Assembly (NCBI GenBank): GCA_964016885.1
Contig: OZ024740.1
Location: 421,848,001 to 421,912,000 of the forward strand
Source of the DNA: Eledone cirrhosa
Lineage: Eukaryota
Reading direction: 5' to 3'
DNA length: 64,000 nucleotides
Part shown: positions 34,862-46,757 of the stretch, piece by piece
How positions within the stretch are numbered: the first letter of the stretch is position 1
Layout of the letters: every line of letters starts with the position of its first letter
The notes under the pieces: model-generated
Seen by the model: the letters and a program-made list of their open reading frames with translations, nothing else
Database searches by the model: none
What the model was told of the DNA's origin: nothing
Program-made: the position numbers and the translations under genes

Positions 34862-35189
34862 AAAAATATATATATATTACACACACACCACATTTGTATG
34901 AATGTAAAGATATTTCACGTGATTAAGAATGTCTTTAACATGTTTTCATCTCAAAGACTGCAGTTGTTTAGATGAAATATAATAACAACTCACAAATAAT
35001 AACAATAATAATATTAAGACAGATGCATAACGATAAGCAACCAGAATTTACAAGGATTCGTGACATACAGGGAAAATCTCTTTAATAAGCACTTCACACA
35101 TATAAAGAATATTTTCAATACAATAGAAACAACACTTGTATATACAAGATACACACAGAGTTATATTTGGTAATGTAATGACAGCATGC

Positions 35190-35355
35190 GAAGGGAAAGT
35201 CAATTAAATCGACTCCAGTGCATTACTGGTACTTTATTTTATCGACCCCGTAAGGATGAAAGGCAAAGTTAACCTCAGCAGGATTTGAACTCAGAACGTA
35301 AAGGGCCATAACTCTATGCTTCAAAGCATGGAGTCAACGCTCTACTGATACTGCC
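35190..35355 (-). mobile_element. SINE (second family)
   Basis: The minus strand reads TTTACGTTCTGAGTTCAAATCC...TTTGCCTTTCATCC...GGGGTCGATAAAATAAAGTACCAGT; dispersed copies occur in the window. Confidence 0.75.
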
Positions 35356-36169
35356 AAGTTTCATTTATTGGTTGGTTACAAGGGTGTTCGGTGGTGGGAA
35401 TTATACAAGGATGAAAAACAAGACAAAGTTGGGTTACACTGAGTAAAGGACCAGGAGACATCATCAGAGGGAAAACAGATATAACAAATATAATAATTGT
35501 TTCTTTTATTGGCCACAAGGACCCAAGACATTGGGGATAATACAGGAACAAAAACAACACAGAACGGGATGACATCCAATAAAGAAAAGGGGACATCATC
35601 AAAAGGAATACAGTAGATATAACAATAATAATGATTTTAAAATATTCATGATAACAGAAAACAACAAATATCAACTAGGACCAGTTCCCCTGAAGTTTAG
35701 GGTAATTCCAGGAGGTGCCCCACTCTAGATTACTCTATTGCCTCATGGATATTGAAAGTGCTCTTTCCCAGTTTCTTTCCTTCTGCAATCAAGGTAGACA
35801 TATTCAGCCTCATCAATCTTGTTTCTCCCATCTCTCATAAAACACACTAGAAGGTAGCACTTCCCTATTTACTCAGTTATAAATACTAATGACAATAATA
35901 TATGGTGATGACGATGATTGTTTCTACTTTTGGCACAAGGCCAGCAATTTAAAGGGAAAGAGAAAGGAAAAGTCAATCCTAGTGCATTACTAATACTTTA
36001 CTTGATCCTGTAAAAATGAAATGCATCTTTGATAAACTACACTAGAAAGTAGTACTTCCCTTTCTATTCGGTGACCAGAGGTGCGAATTGATCTACATTG
36101 CAGAGCTGTGTGTCGGTGTAAATCTGTATGACATTGGGGGAAAGTGTGTTGGAATGAAACTGGTGCACT

Positions 36170-36520
36170 TAGCATCACTGAAACTCAGAAGAAACAGGAT
36201 TGGAAAAGTTATGAGGGATTAATCAATGGAAACTCAACATGAATTAATGAAGGAGATGAAAAATGGAAAAGCTGCTGAACCATCAGTGAAAATCACTGAG
36301 ATGCTGAAACCATCTGGTTAAGTAGGAGTCAAGCTAGTCACCTACAGAGTCAATCAGGTAATATATGATGGCGTCATACCCATTACTGGTGTAGTAGTAT
36401 AATCATTACCTGTGACAAGGAAAATAGGGGATACTCTAGACTCAAGAAACTAGAGACATTAAACTGATGGATCAAGCTATGACAGAATGTCAATTAGAGA
36501 AATAGTCAAATCAGAAGAGA
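36170..36520 (+). mobile_element. Degenerate RTE RT N-terminal fragment
   Basis: MKEMKNGKAAEPSVKITEMLKPSG resembles the RT domain-0 K..KA.GP.GI..EMLK motif. Confidence 0.6.
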
Positions 36521-36694
36521 TGTTACAAATCTCTCAGACAAACCAGAGACCCACATCTTGCTTACATACATTCCCACACTCCAGTGGGTGCTCAGAAAGG
36601 TTGGGATACTATCCCTCGCTTACATACACTACCACACTACACCAAGTGTATTTTATTATGGCACAAGTATATTAAGATTATCTGGTCATGTAAG

Positions 36695-36901
36695 CGTCAT
36701 GACAAAAAGCACCCAGTACTCATTGTAAATGAGGTTGGCGCTAGCAAGGTCATCCAGCTATAGAAACCAAGCCAAAATCAGTTCTGTATGAGCATGACAT
36801 GGTCACTTGACATAGCATTGCCCACAACAGGATAACTTGTCTAACCCATGCTAGCGTGGAAAAATGAACGGCAAACGGTGATGATGATGATGATGATGAT
36901 G
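36695..36901 (+). mobile_element. RTE 3' UTR/SINE tail with (GAT)n
   Basis: Homologous to 1105-1318 and 20885-21131. Confidence 0.8.
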
Positions 36902-37582
36902 TCCATGACATAACTGAAGGGTCCTTCTGATCCTTTGTTTGGCAGGTTCTCTATGGCTGAATGCCCTTCATACTACCAACCACTTTCCAATGGTGTGTTT
37001 ATTATGTTATCATCAACACTAGGAAGATTGTCATGTATTTGATACAACAAACAGCCCTCCCAACCCATTTAGCAATTTTTCTACAGCTAGATGTCCTTGC
37101 TATCACTAACTGCTTTACAGAGTGTACTGGGATGATAAGTATAATGTCATGAGTATATGAAAAGTGTGGTGGGATTTTAGAGAGTGATGTGTATGTGACC
37201 CGATAGGATGGGAGGTACTACAGATGGATAAGGAGTTTAGGACTGCCATATATGCTGGAAATAAAGAGATGGTGGGGTTATACTAAGATAGGGGATGATC
37301 TATGTGTTAGCTAATCAATCATGCCTCGTAAAAGAATAATAATAATAATAATAGCTTCCCTATAATTATAAAGAAACATAAGAAAAACAAAACTATATAC
37401 TTATAACAAAAACATTCAATACAATTGTACTCAGACTTAGTATTGCTAACAAGATGACTAATTCAGGGGCAGTGGGAGGGAGCCTCCCACCCCACCAATA
37501 ATTATACTTTTCTCTCCAAACTACCAACACACATCTATTTGTATATGTGCTATAATTTATGTACATATTATGTTTATTATGT

Positions 37583-38012
37583 GAAGGCGCATGGTTTAGT
37601 GGTTAGAGCATTGGCCTTGCAATCGAAAGGTTGTGAGTTCGATTCTCGGACTGGGTGATGTGTTGTGTCCTTGAGCAAGGCACTTTATTTCACATTGCTC
37701 CAGTTTACTCAGCTGTAGAAATGAGATGCAATCTTGCCAAATCAATGGGTGGCAGTAGTTCCAGCTGCACACATCAAAAGACTGGTGTAGTGGTTCTAAG
37801 AACAATGTTGCTTGAAGATAATCAATGTAAATTGACAATGGAAAGGCACTCTCGCTCGAGTTAGAAGAGAACTGTTGACCTCCAGGAGAAGCAGCGACCC
37901 CTAATTGTATTCAGCAACCGAAACAAATATGAAGTACACCAAATCCAAAGCTCCTAGGGGTGGCCCTGGTCTTATTTGCGAATGTAAACTCGGCCACATT
38001 AGATTAGATTAG
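37583..38012 (+). mobile_element. tRNA/CORE SINE with a non-RTE tail ending in (ATTAG)n
   Basis: Head nearly identical to 25625-25770; different body; ATTATGTTTAT direct repeat on both flanks. Confidence 0.82.
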
Positions 38013-38604
38013 ATTATGTTTATCGCATATCAAAGTTTTTTTTTTTCTATCTTGATATTTGATAATAACAGCTAAACGAAGCACCACAACTAAATTGACC
38101 AAATTTGGCCCCCACCCCTACTCTCATTTAGAAATACTCCTACGGCCCCTATAATTAGATGTACTTCCAATTACCTGTCCTAAATTATTCAATGATTCCC
38201 TTGGTGCTGCTGGCGACATAGTTCACTAATAGAGTAATCTCCCCCATAATACAAAATATAGTGTCAAGGGAAGCAACTCATAAAAGAATCTCAGCCTCCT
38301 AAAGATTAAGAACCTATCACCTTATCACATCTTTCCCCTATTTAAGAAAAAATAGCACGTAGGTACAGTATTAATCATTTTTTACATAGGGGACAAAGCC
38401 ATTATGAAGAAGTATTGATAGATTTTATCAACTCCCACCTCCCTCTACTCCCCGCTCTCACCACAGTACATGACTGGTACTTTATGTCATTGACCTCTAT
38501 CCTCAAAGATGAAAGGGGAAAGTCAATTTCAGCTGAGTTTGGACTCAGAATTTTAAAATATGTAACTAAATACCACTATGTGTTGGTCTGATCCTCTGCC
38601 AATG

Positions 38605-38620
38605 TGTTGATATATATGTA

Positions 38621-38697
<77 letters not shown>

Positions 38698-38768
38698 GTG
38701 TGTGTATGTGTGTGTATATATATATATATGTATACATACATATACATAAATATATATATAAGCACACA

Positions 38769-38814
<46 letters not shown>

Positions 38815-38860
38815 TGCACATACACACACAGATATATACACACATATATTCAATGTATAT
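38605..38860. repeat. Compound (TG)n/(TA)n microsatellite
   Basis: Direct reading. Confidence 0.95.
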
Positions 38861-39292
38861 TGCATATAATATTTATTTAAAAAAAAACGTATTAAAAAAA
38901 AACAACAAACAATAATATATTAGACTGAAATAATGTAAATAAATGAAGAAAAATAAAACATAAAATAAAAATTAACATAATAAAAGTTTACGAGGCAGAA
39001 AATATCTAGAAGCCCTACCTGGCTTTTTGCCTAACCGGACAGGGGATGGCCTCAAAAACCCACCTGAATAAAATTTTAACAAAACAAAAATTAAGCAATG
39101 ATTTTTAAAGAAAAATATATTTTGTGGATAAAATTCAAAGAGAAATTGTTTCTGGTAAACACAAATATGACATGATAATATATGCCCTCTCTCTCTCTCT
39201 ATATATAATGTAAATATATTTATATATATACACATTACACACACACAGACACACTCAGATATGACATGACAATATATGCTTTCTCTCTCCCC

Positions 39293-39339
<47 letters not shown>

Positions 39340-39344
<5 letters not shown>

Positions 39345-39522
39345 GTAATCTTGAGTTTTTTTAATATTAATAATAACATTCGATTTGTTTGAAATTATGC
39401 AAATAAGCCTCAATTTTATAACCATGTCAGTAGAATGAACTATGGCTATACAATTGAGGCTTGCATAATTGCAAACGAATCGAATGTTATTATTAATATT
39501 CGAAAAACTCAGATTACATTTA
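39340..39522. repeat. Imperfect inverted repeat (~62-bp arms, ~60-bp spacer), MITE-like
   Basis: AAATGTAATCTTGAGTTTTT...AATTATGCAA pairs with TTGCATAATT...AAAAACTCAGATTACATTT. Confidence 0.75.
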
Positions 39523-39687
39523 TTGTATTCAGCCATGTAGAGCGAAATTTTCTTTTATATATATATATATATAAACATATAATCCTTATCGGAGCCTCTT
39601 CGGATTTTAGTCTTCAAATTTATTATTACACACACATACACACTAAGATAACATGACAATATATGCCCTCTCTCTCTATATATATAT

Positions 39688-40004
39688 TTTCATTCATTTC
39701 ATTTCATTTTACGTCCGCTTTTCCCTGCTTGCAAGGGTGGGACGGGAACTGATTCTGGCTTGATTTTTACAGCTGGATGCCCTTCCTAACACCAACCTCA
39801 TTTACAGTGAGTGATGGGTGCTTTTTTGCAGTGAAATGATAGGGCCCCTAGACCCTATCATCTCATTTCTACAGCTGAGTGAACTGGAGCAATGTGAAAT
39901 AAAGTGTCTTGCTCAAGGAAACAACAAATTACCCGGTCTGAGAATTGAACTCACAACCTTTCGATTGCAAAGTCAATGCTCTAACCACTAAGCCATGTGC
40001 CTCC
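39688..40004 (-). mobile_element. Full-length tRNA/CORE SINE with RTE-derived tail (same family as 25625-25957)
   Basis: The reverse complement shows an A box, B box, CORE and RTE 3' end; tail (GAAAT)n. Confidence 0.88.
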
Positions 40005-40323
40005 ATATATATATATATATATCTATATATATATATTACACACTCAAATATGACATGATAAACATATGACTCCTCTCTCACTCTCTATCTTCCTCTCTCT
40101 ATTCATATATATGTGTGTGCGTGTGAAAATAAAACACGAGTCAAAGATCATCATCATCTTCATTTAACGTCCATCTTCCACGTTAGCATGGCTTAGATTC
40201 TTAAATTAGTTCATTGTTTTACGATCGTTTCTGAGAGTTGATTCATCATGGAAGATCAATATGGAATTTAGCCTTGGCTTTTGTTTTATTTTCATTGTTC
40301 AATACACACACACACACACACAC

Positions 40324-40443
40324 GTATGTATGTATGTATGTATGTATGTATGTATGTATGTATGTATGTATGTATGTATGTATGTATGTATGTATGTATG
40401 TATGTATGTATGTATGTATGTATGTATGTATGTATGCATGTAT
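40324..40443. repeat. (TATG)n microsatellite; second run at 40740-40792
   Basis: Direct reading. Confidence 0.95.
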
Positions 40444-41301
40444 GGTAAATATCATCTTGGTTAAGAGAGTGGGACTGGCTTTGTGCAGTGCCTTTGCTCA
40501 CTATAAAAGCTTCACGGCACAGGCATTGCTTTATATCTGGAGATCTCTTTGCTCTTGTTGTTACATGGTACCATGGGCCCAGCACTATGTGTCAATAATT
40601 GTCGCAAGTGTAGTGTTTGTACCAGAGTTTACAAGTTGCTGGCTGGACTAAAAAGTCACACTCGTTCAGCGGATCGGTAGGGGTTCTCCTACATGGATAT
40701 AAAGTAGTGGCCGTACTCGAAAACGAGTTGGCAGCCACCATGTATGTATGTATGTATGTATGTATGTATGTATGTATGTATGTATGTATGTAGAGATGAC
40801 GAAGGACCGTGGCAAGTGGAGAGATGCTGAATAAGACCCGTCCCACCCTTGCAAGCAGGGAAGAGCGGACGTAAAATGATGATGATGATGATATATATAC
40901 ACACACAGACACACACACACTCATATCAATTTCTTACACATTCAGTACATTTCTCTTCTCTCTCTCCTTTCACTCACACTAGTTCTACTAAATATATACA
41001 TGAGATTATATATAATTACAATATTAAGGAAAAAAAAAATAGAAATTGTAAATAAATTAAAGCAACACCAAACTATATTATAAAACATTTTAATAGAACC
41101 GTTTTGAAGAAAATTAACATGTGGTATGTGTATATGACCAACATGTGGTGTGTATATATGAACAAGAAACATGTAGTATGTGTATATATGAACAACAAAC
41201 GTGGTATGTGTATATATGAACAACAAACGTGGCGTGTATGTATATGACCAACAAACATTTGGCGTGTGTATATATGACCAACAAATGTGGTATATATATA
41301 T

Positions 41302-41560
41302 ATACAGGGTGAGGACGATATTTGTTTGCAATTTTCAACTGCTAATTTTATGCACATTTTTTTTACTTCCGTTGTGGCTCTTGTCTTCATAAAATCAGTG
41401 ACTATATTTCCATTATTTATTTTCAGAATAATTGATTATGAATAATTTTGAACCTCCAAATCCGCGCCGGGAGGACAAATAAGGAAATTTCAAACTTTCT
41501 CAACTGTTTTTATGAAGACAAGAGCCACAACGGAAGTAAAAAAAATTTGCATAAAATTAG
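41302..41560 (+). mobile_element. Possible Tc1/mariner 5' remnant
   Basis: Starts TA-CAGGGTG after (TA)n; downstream LQIRAGRTNKEISNFLNC resembles a transposase N-terminal HTH; the right TIR was not found. Confidence 0.3.
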
Positions 41561-42508
41561 TAAAGTGGTCAAGCTGGTGACACAAGCCTCAGCAGGTCCA
41601 CTCTATAAAGGGCTCATGTTGGTATCATGACAAGAGAGAACCTAGCCCCCCCCCCCCCCCCCTCCATAAGTTAACCTGGCAAAAGAACATTTAGCCCTCC
41701 CAGCAAGGTGGTCATGCTGGTCACATGACGGACAAGTAACCAGTCCATACTGTAAAATGATTGTGCTGGTACACAACAAAAAGCACCCAGCCCACATCTA
41801 TAAAGTGGTCGTTTTGGTGCCACAATAAAAAGAACCCAGTCCACTTTCTAAAGTGGTTGTGTAGCAACTAACAGAAATTGTATGTTTTGTTTTTTATTTA
41901 ATCAAACATCAAAGTTATTCATGTTGAATGATAAGGTTGGCTTCAACCAGACTTTAAACCCCTAAATTTCATCTACCTTTCCTCATTCACCAGCTGTTTA
42001 CATCTCACTGCTTCCACCACATACAAAACACCAATATATATTTACTGCTGAAGCAAGTTACACTAAACACAATGAGGTATTAACATAGTTAAATACTTTG
42101 TTAGGACAACAAAGAAACTTCTAGGCAGGAGCTTCACTTGACAGGTTTATGGCTGTGGTCATCTGGTTTATTGTTGCTATTTAAGCCCATGTCAGCTTTC
42201 TGTATGTTTACATTTACATTATCCAATATGTTTTGTAGCTTATAACTGCAAAACAATGTGTGTTGGCCGTGCAAAAGTCAATCTTGCAAAATGGGGATAT
42301 TTAAAGGATGGGGATGTTGTAAGACTGCGGCATCGAACCACAGACTATGCAGAACCTCCTGATATGCCCCCTGCTAGAACACCCTTGCACAGCATTGGAC
42401 TTGGCAGAGTTTAATGAGAAAGGGCAACCACATCTAGCCAAGCTCTGTAACTGACACTCTTGTGGACATGATAAGAAGAAAATCCAATATGTACTTCCTT
42501 CTTTTTAA

Positions 42509-42703
42509 CCCTTTAGCATTTATATTACACTACTATCATATTTTTGCAGTAACAGCTTTATCTCACATAATATAGATCTATGAGATTTTGATATTTATTT
42601 TGAGATCAATACCTTAACATTGGTACAAGCAGCTGGTTATGGCCAGTTTGAACAAAAAGTGAGAAAATTCTGGGCGGATACAGCCAGTTTAAATGCTAAA
42701 GGG
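42509..42703. mobile_element. Non-autonomous piggyBac MITE (195 bp) sharing TIRs with the autonomous element
   Basis: TTAA at 42505-42508 and 42704-42707; perfect 14-bp TIR CCCTTTAGCATTTA / TAAATGCTAAAGGG. Confidence 0.88.
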
Positions 42704-44191
42704 TTAAAAGACAGTAGGGTGTCAGCTGAGGGAGATTTGACAGCTATTTCTAGCAGATCATAAAGCTTTCCTTATTGGCTCAGTCACATGGGTGATTATA
42801 GTTGTAGTGATGACAAGGTTGTTGTCAAGTAAAAATGTTATTTATATATAAACCAACAATACATGGATCACAATACACAGTGTTGTGGGGTGACAGAGTA
42901 TCGATATGTGTATGTGTACATATATATTGATGATGACACCGTAAGAGAACCAGCTAATTACCAAATTATGAGTGACACCAGAAATTGATGATTTCAATTT
43001 AAAAAAAAAATGTTTATCATTTATTTCACCAGCCGTGTTTAAATTTGAAATATAAAAAAGGTGCACAAAAGGAAAATGTATGATACACTATTTACAAAGA
43101 GAATAAAAAGTTCTAAGAAATGGAATGAAGTGGTTCACTATTGAGAATGTGTTAGTCAGGCTAGTCAGGCCATTGAGAAGGATTGTAATAAAACAACTAT
43201 CATCCTTTTCATGATGGCCTGTAAAAGGAGCACTCTATGTAATGTCATTTTTCTAATTTTATATTTACAGATTTTGAAATATTTTTTTACTTGATCAAAA
43301 TGAAAAAAAAAGTAAATATTTTTACATTATTTATCATTTACATTCTTTCCTAACTATATAAATAAATAAATAAATAAATAAGTGTTGATGTTGTCACTCT
43401 CTTTCACTCACTGCCTCCATCTCTCTCGCTCTCCCCATCTCTCACTATTATAAGCAAATGGGGGCCCAATCCCTGGCCACCCCGGCAGTCAGAAAAGAGA
43501 ACACGTTTCCCTGAGATGGTCAGGGACACACATTAGAAGAGCCATACCAGCTCGCCAGGCGAGCACCTGCAGGTAGCCAACTCCATGCCCATGGTGGTGA
43601 GTAGGGAGGTGGTTAACAAAGTATTTAATTCTTCCAATTCAGTTTTAATTTTTATTCATTCATCGCGTTTGATTTAATAAGAAGTCATCTGAATCCAACA
43701 AACACAAACAAAAATGATACAGCTGGCAATAGAGGAGATGAAGGAACGTGATGAGTGGAGTGAAGCTGAAAACAACCTCACCCATGCAAGGATGGAAGAA
43801 TGGACGTAAAAACGGTGATGATGATGAGTCATATCTGTACACAAACTGTATAGGTTTTAACAAAAGCTGCAAGATATGTGTATTTAAACAATCATCATCA
43901 TCATCATTTTTTTAACATCCACTTTCCCTGCTAGCAAGGGTTGGACAGGTCTATATAGATTACATCAGTACTGTAGTGGTGGCTACTGATCTCCCAGACA
44001 AGCCAGGGATCTAAACCAGGATCTTCACACTAGGTCATCAAAAACAGCTTTGTTGAGATCTTCATCAGAAGCTATCTACATCAATCATAAACCAAGAACA
44101 CATGATTATAGGCTCTGCTAATTTGCACAAACTTAGGGTTTACAGAAGTAGTTAATTGAATTATATATTAAATTATACATATAAGTAGTTG

Positions 44192-44415
44192 TGGAGGTGC
44201 ATGGCCTAATGGTCAAAGTGTTGGACTTGCGATCATAATGTCACAAGTTCGATTCCTGGACTGGGTTGTGTGCTGTGTTCTTGAGCAAAACACTTCATTT
44301 CAAGTTGCTCCAGTATATTCAGCTGAAAATGAGTACCAGCAATAGCTGAGGGTTTAACCCTGTACTGGAGTCTTGTACACTCAATCGCTTCACACGAGAT
44401 AAGCACCGACCTGAA
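44192..44415 (+). mobile_element. tRNA/CORE SINE (same family as 1839-2080); another decayed head at about 44525-44640
   Basis: TGGCCTAATGG A box, GTTCGATTCC B box and CORE-like TGTGTTCTTGAGCAAAACACTT. Confidence 0.8.
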
Positions 44416-44994
44416 CTAAGTAGCTACCTTGTCTCTGTGTGTCTGTGTTTCTGTAATTTAGCAGTTCAACGGTCAACCAATGATAAAAATGTTCCGATAT
44501 GGGAAAAAATTTTATACCGATTCACTAATGGTTGAGTGATTAGAGGATTGGATTCGCAATTGTGAGGTTGTCAGTTCAATTTCTGGACTGGGTGGTGCGT
44601 TATGACCTTGGGCAAGATACATTATTTCATGTTGCTCCTTCTACCTGGATTTGCAACCGATAGATAGTATTAGCAATTGGAAAGACCAATGGAAACATTG
44701 TTTCCTTGGTTCGATTTGACGAAAGTCGATCAACTGTCGATATATTGTTTGGACTTTCATTTCAAACTTTTTATATTAATCGTTAGAGTGTTATCAAAAC
44801 TACCTCGATACTCAAGCATTAACTATATATTAATACCACTATCAAGTGTAAAAAAATGATGGTTTTTGTTTTGTCTGGACCATTAAGAACAGGTATTATT
44901 ATTGATTTATGTATGTATATTATTGTACAGCGATAATTATCTTAACCAGACATCCCAGGTGTTGTCTGGGCTATTTTTATTGGGGTAATTGTTT

Positions 44995-46530
44995 TCTTAT
45001 ATCAAGGATCAAATTCACAGACTAAAGTTATTATCAAAGATCAAATTCACATTTAGACTAAAAGTTATTATCAAAGATCAAATTCACATTTGGACAAAAG
45101 TTATTATCAAAGATCAAATTCACATTTGGACTAAAGTTATTATCAAAGATCAAATTCACATTTAGACTAAGGTTATTATCAAAGATCAAATTCACATTTG
45201 GACTAAAGTTATTATCAAACATCAAATTCACATTTAGACTAAGGTTATTATCAAAGATCAAATTCACCTTTAGACTAAAGTTATTATCAAAGATCAAATT
45301 CACATTTAGACTAAAAGTTATTATCAAAGATCAAATTCACATTTGGACTAAAGTTATTATCAAAGATCAAATTCGCATTTAGACTAAAGTTATTATCAAA
45401 GATCAAATTCACGTTTAGACTAAGGTTATTATCAAAGGTCAAATTCACATTTGGACTAAAGTTATTATCAAAGGTCAAATTCACGTTTAGACTAAAGTTA
45501 TTATCAAAGATCAAATTCACATTTAGACTAAGATTATTATCAAATATCAAATTCACATTTAGACTAAAAGTTATTATCAAAGATCAAATTCACATTTGGA
45601 CTAAAGTTATTATCAAAGATCAAATTCGCATTTAGACTAAAGTTATTATCAAAGATCAAATTCACGTTTAGACTAAGGTTATTATCAAAGGTCAAATTCA
45701 CATTTGGACTAAAGTTATTATCAAAGGTCAAATTCACGTTTAGACTAAAGTTATTATCAAAGATCAAATTCACATTTAGACTAAGATTATTATCAAATAT
45801 CAAATTCACATTTGGACTAAAGTTATTATCAAAGGTCAAATTCACATTTAGACTAAGGTTATTATCAAAGATCAAATTCACATTTAGACTAAAGTTATTA
45901 TCAAAGATCAAATTCACATTTAGACTAAAAGTTATTATCAAAGATCAAATTCACATTTGGACTAAAGTTATTATCAAAGATCAAATTCACATTTAGACTA
46001 AAGTTATTATCAAAGGTCAAATTCACATTTAGACTAAGGTTATTATCAAAGGTCAAATTCACATTTGGACTAAAGTTATTATCAAAGATCAAATTCGCAT
46101 TTGGACTAAAGTTATTATCAAAGGTCAAATTCGCATTTGGACTAAAGTTATTATCAAAGATCAATTTCACATTTGGACTAAAGTTATTATCAAAGATCAA
46201 ATTCACATTTGGACTAAAGTTATTATCAAAGACCAAATTCACATTTGGACTAAAGTTATTATCAAAGGTCAAATTCACATTTGGACTAAAGTTATTATCA
46301 AAGATCAAATTCGCATTTGGACTAAAGTTATTATCAAAGGTCAAATTCGCATTTGGACTAAAGTTATTATCAAAGATCAATTTCACATTTGGACTAAAGT
46401 TATTATCAAAGATCAATTTCACATTTGGACTAAAGTTATTATCAAAGATCAAATTCACATTTGGACTAAAGTTATTATCAAAGGTCAAATTCACATTTAG
46501 ACTAAAGTTACTATCAAAAAACAATTTCAT
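44995..46530. repeat. Satellite, 36-bp unit TTATTATCAAAGATCAAATTCACATTTGGACTAAAG, about 42 copies
   Basis: Direct reading; a +1 A variant recurs at 253-, 253- and 361-bp spacing. Confidence 0.96.
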
Positions 46531-46757
46531 ATTCTGAATAAAAACTGATTCAGGGAAAAGAGAAGGCTTAAGTCTAGAAGGGAACTTCTCTTGTGCTGCG
46601 GTCACAGTAAAATACAGTAAAGTGGGTGATAATAGAAAGAGAATCAAGCCAGAAAAACCATGATAAAAATATGACTAGCATTACTCAGAGGCATAATGCA
46701 AACATATTCCGTTTATTCCAAAGTAGGGAGTCTTGAACATATCTTGAGAAACTGTTT

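Noticed and set aside
45925-46647. Signal-peptide-like start followed by LRR-looking NNFSPNVNLIFD repeats
   Set aside because: Begins at TTG rather than ATG, and periodic +1 frameshifts break the frame; best explained as satellite translation.
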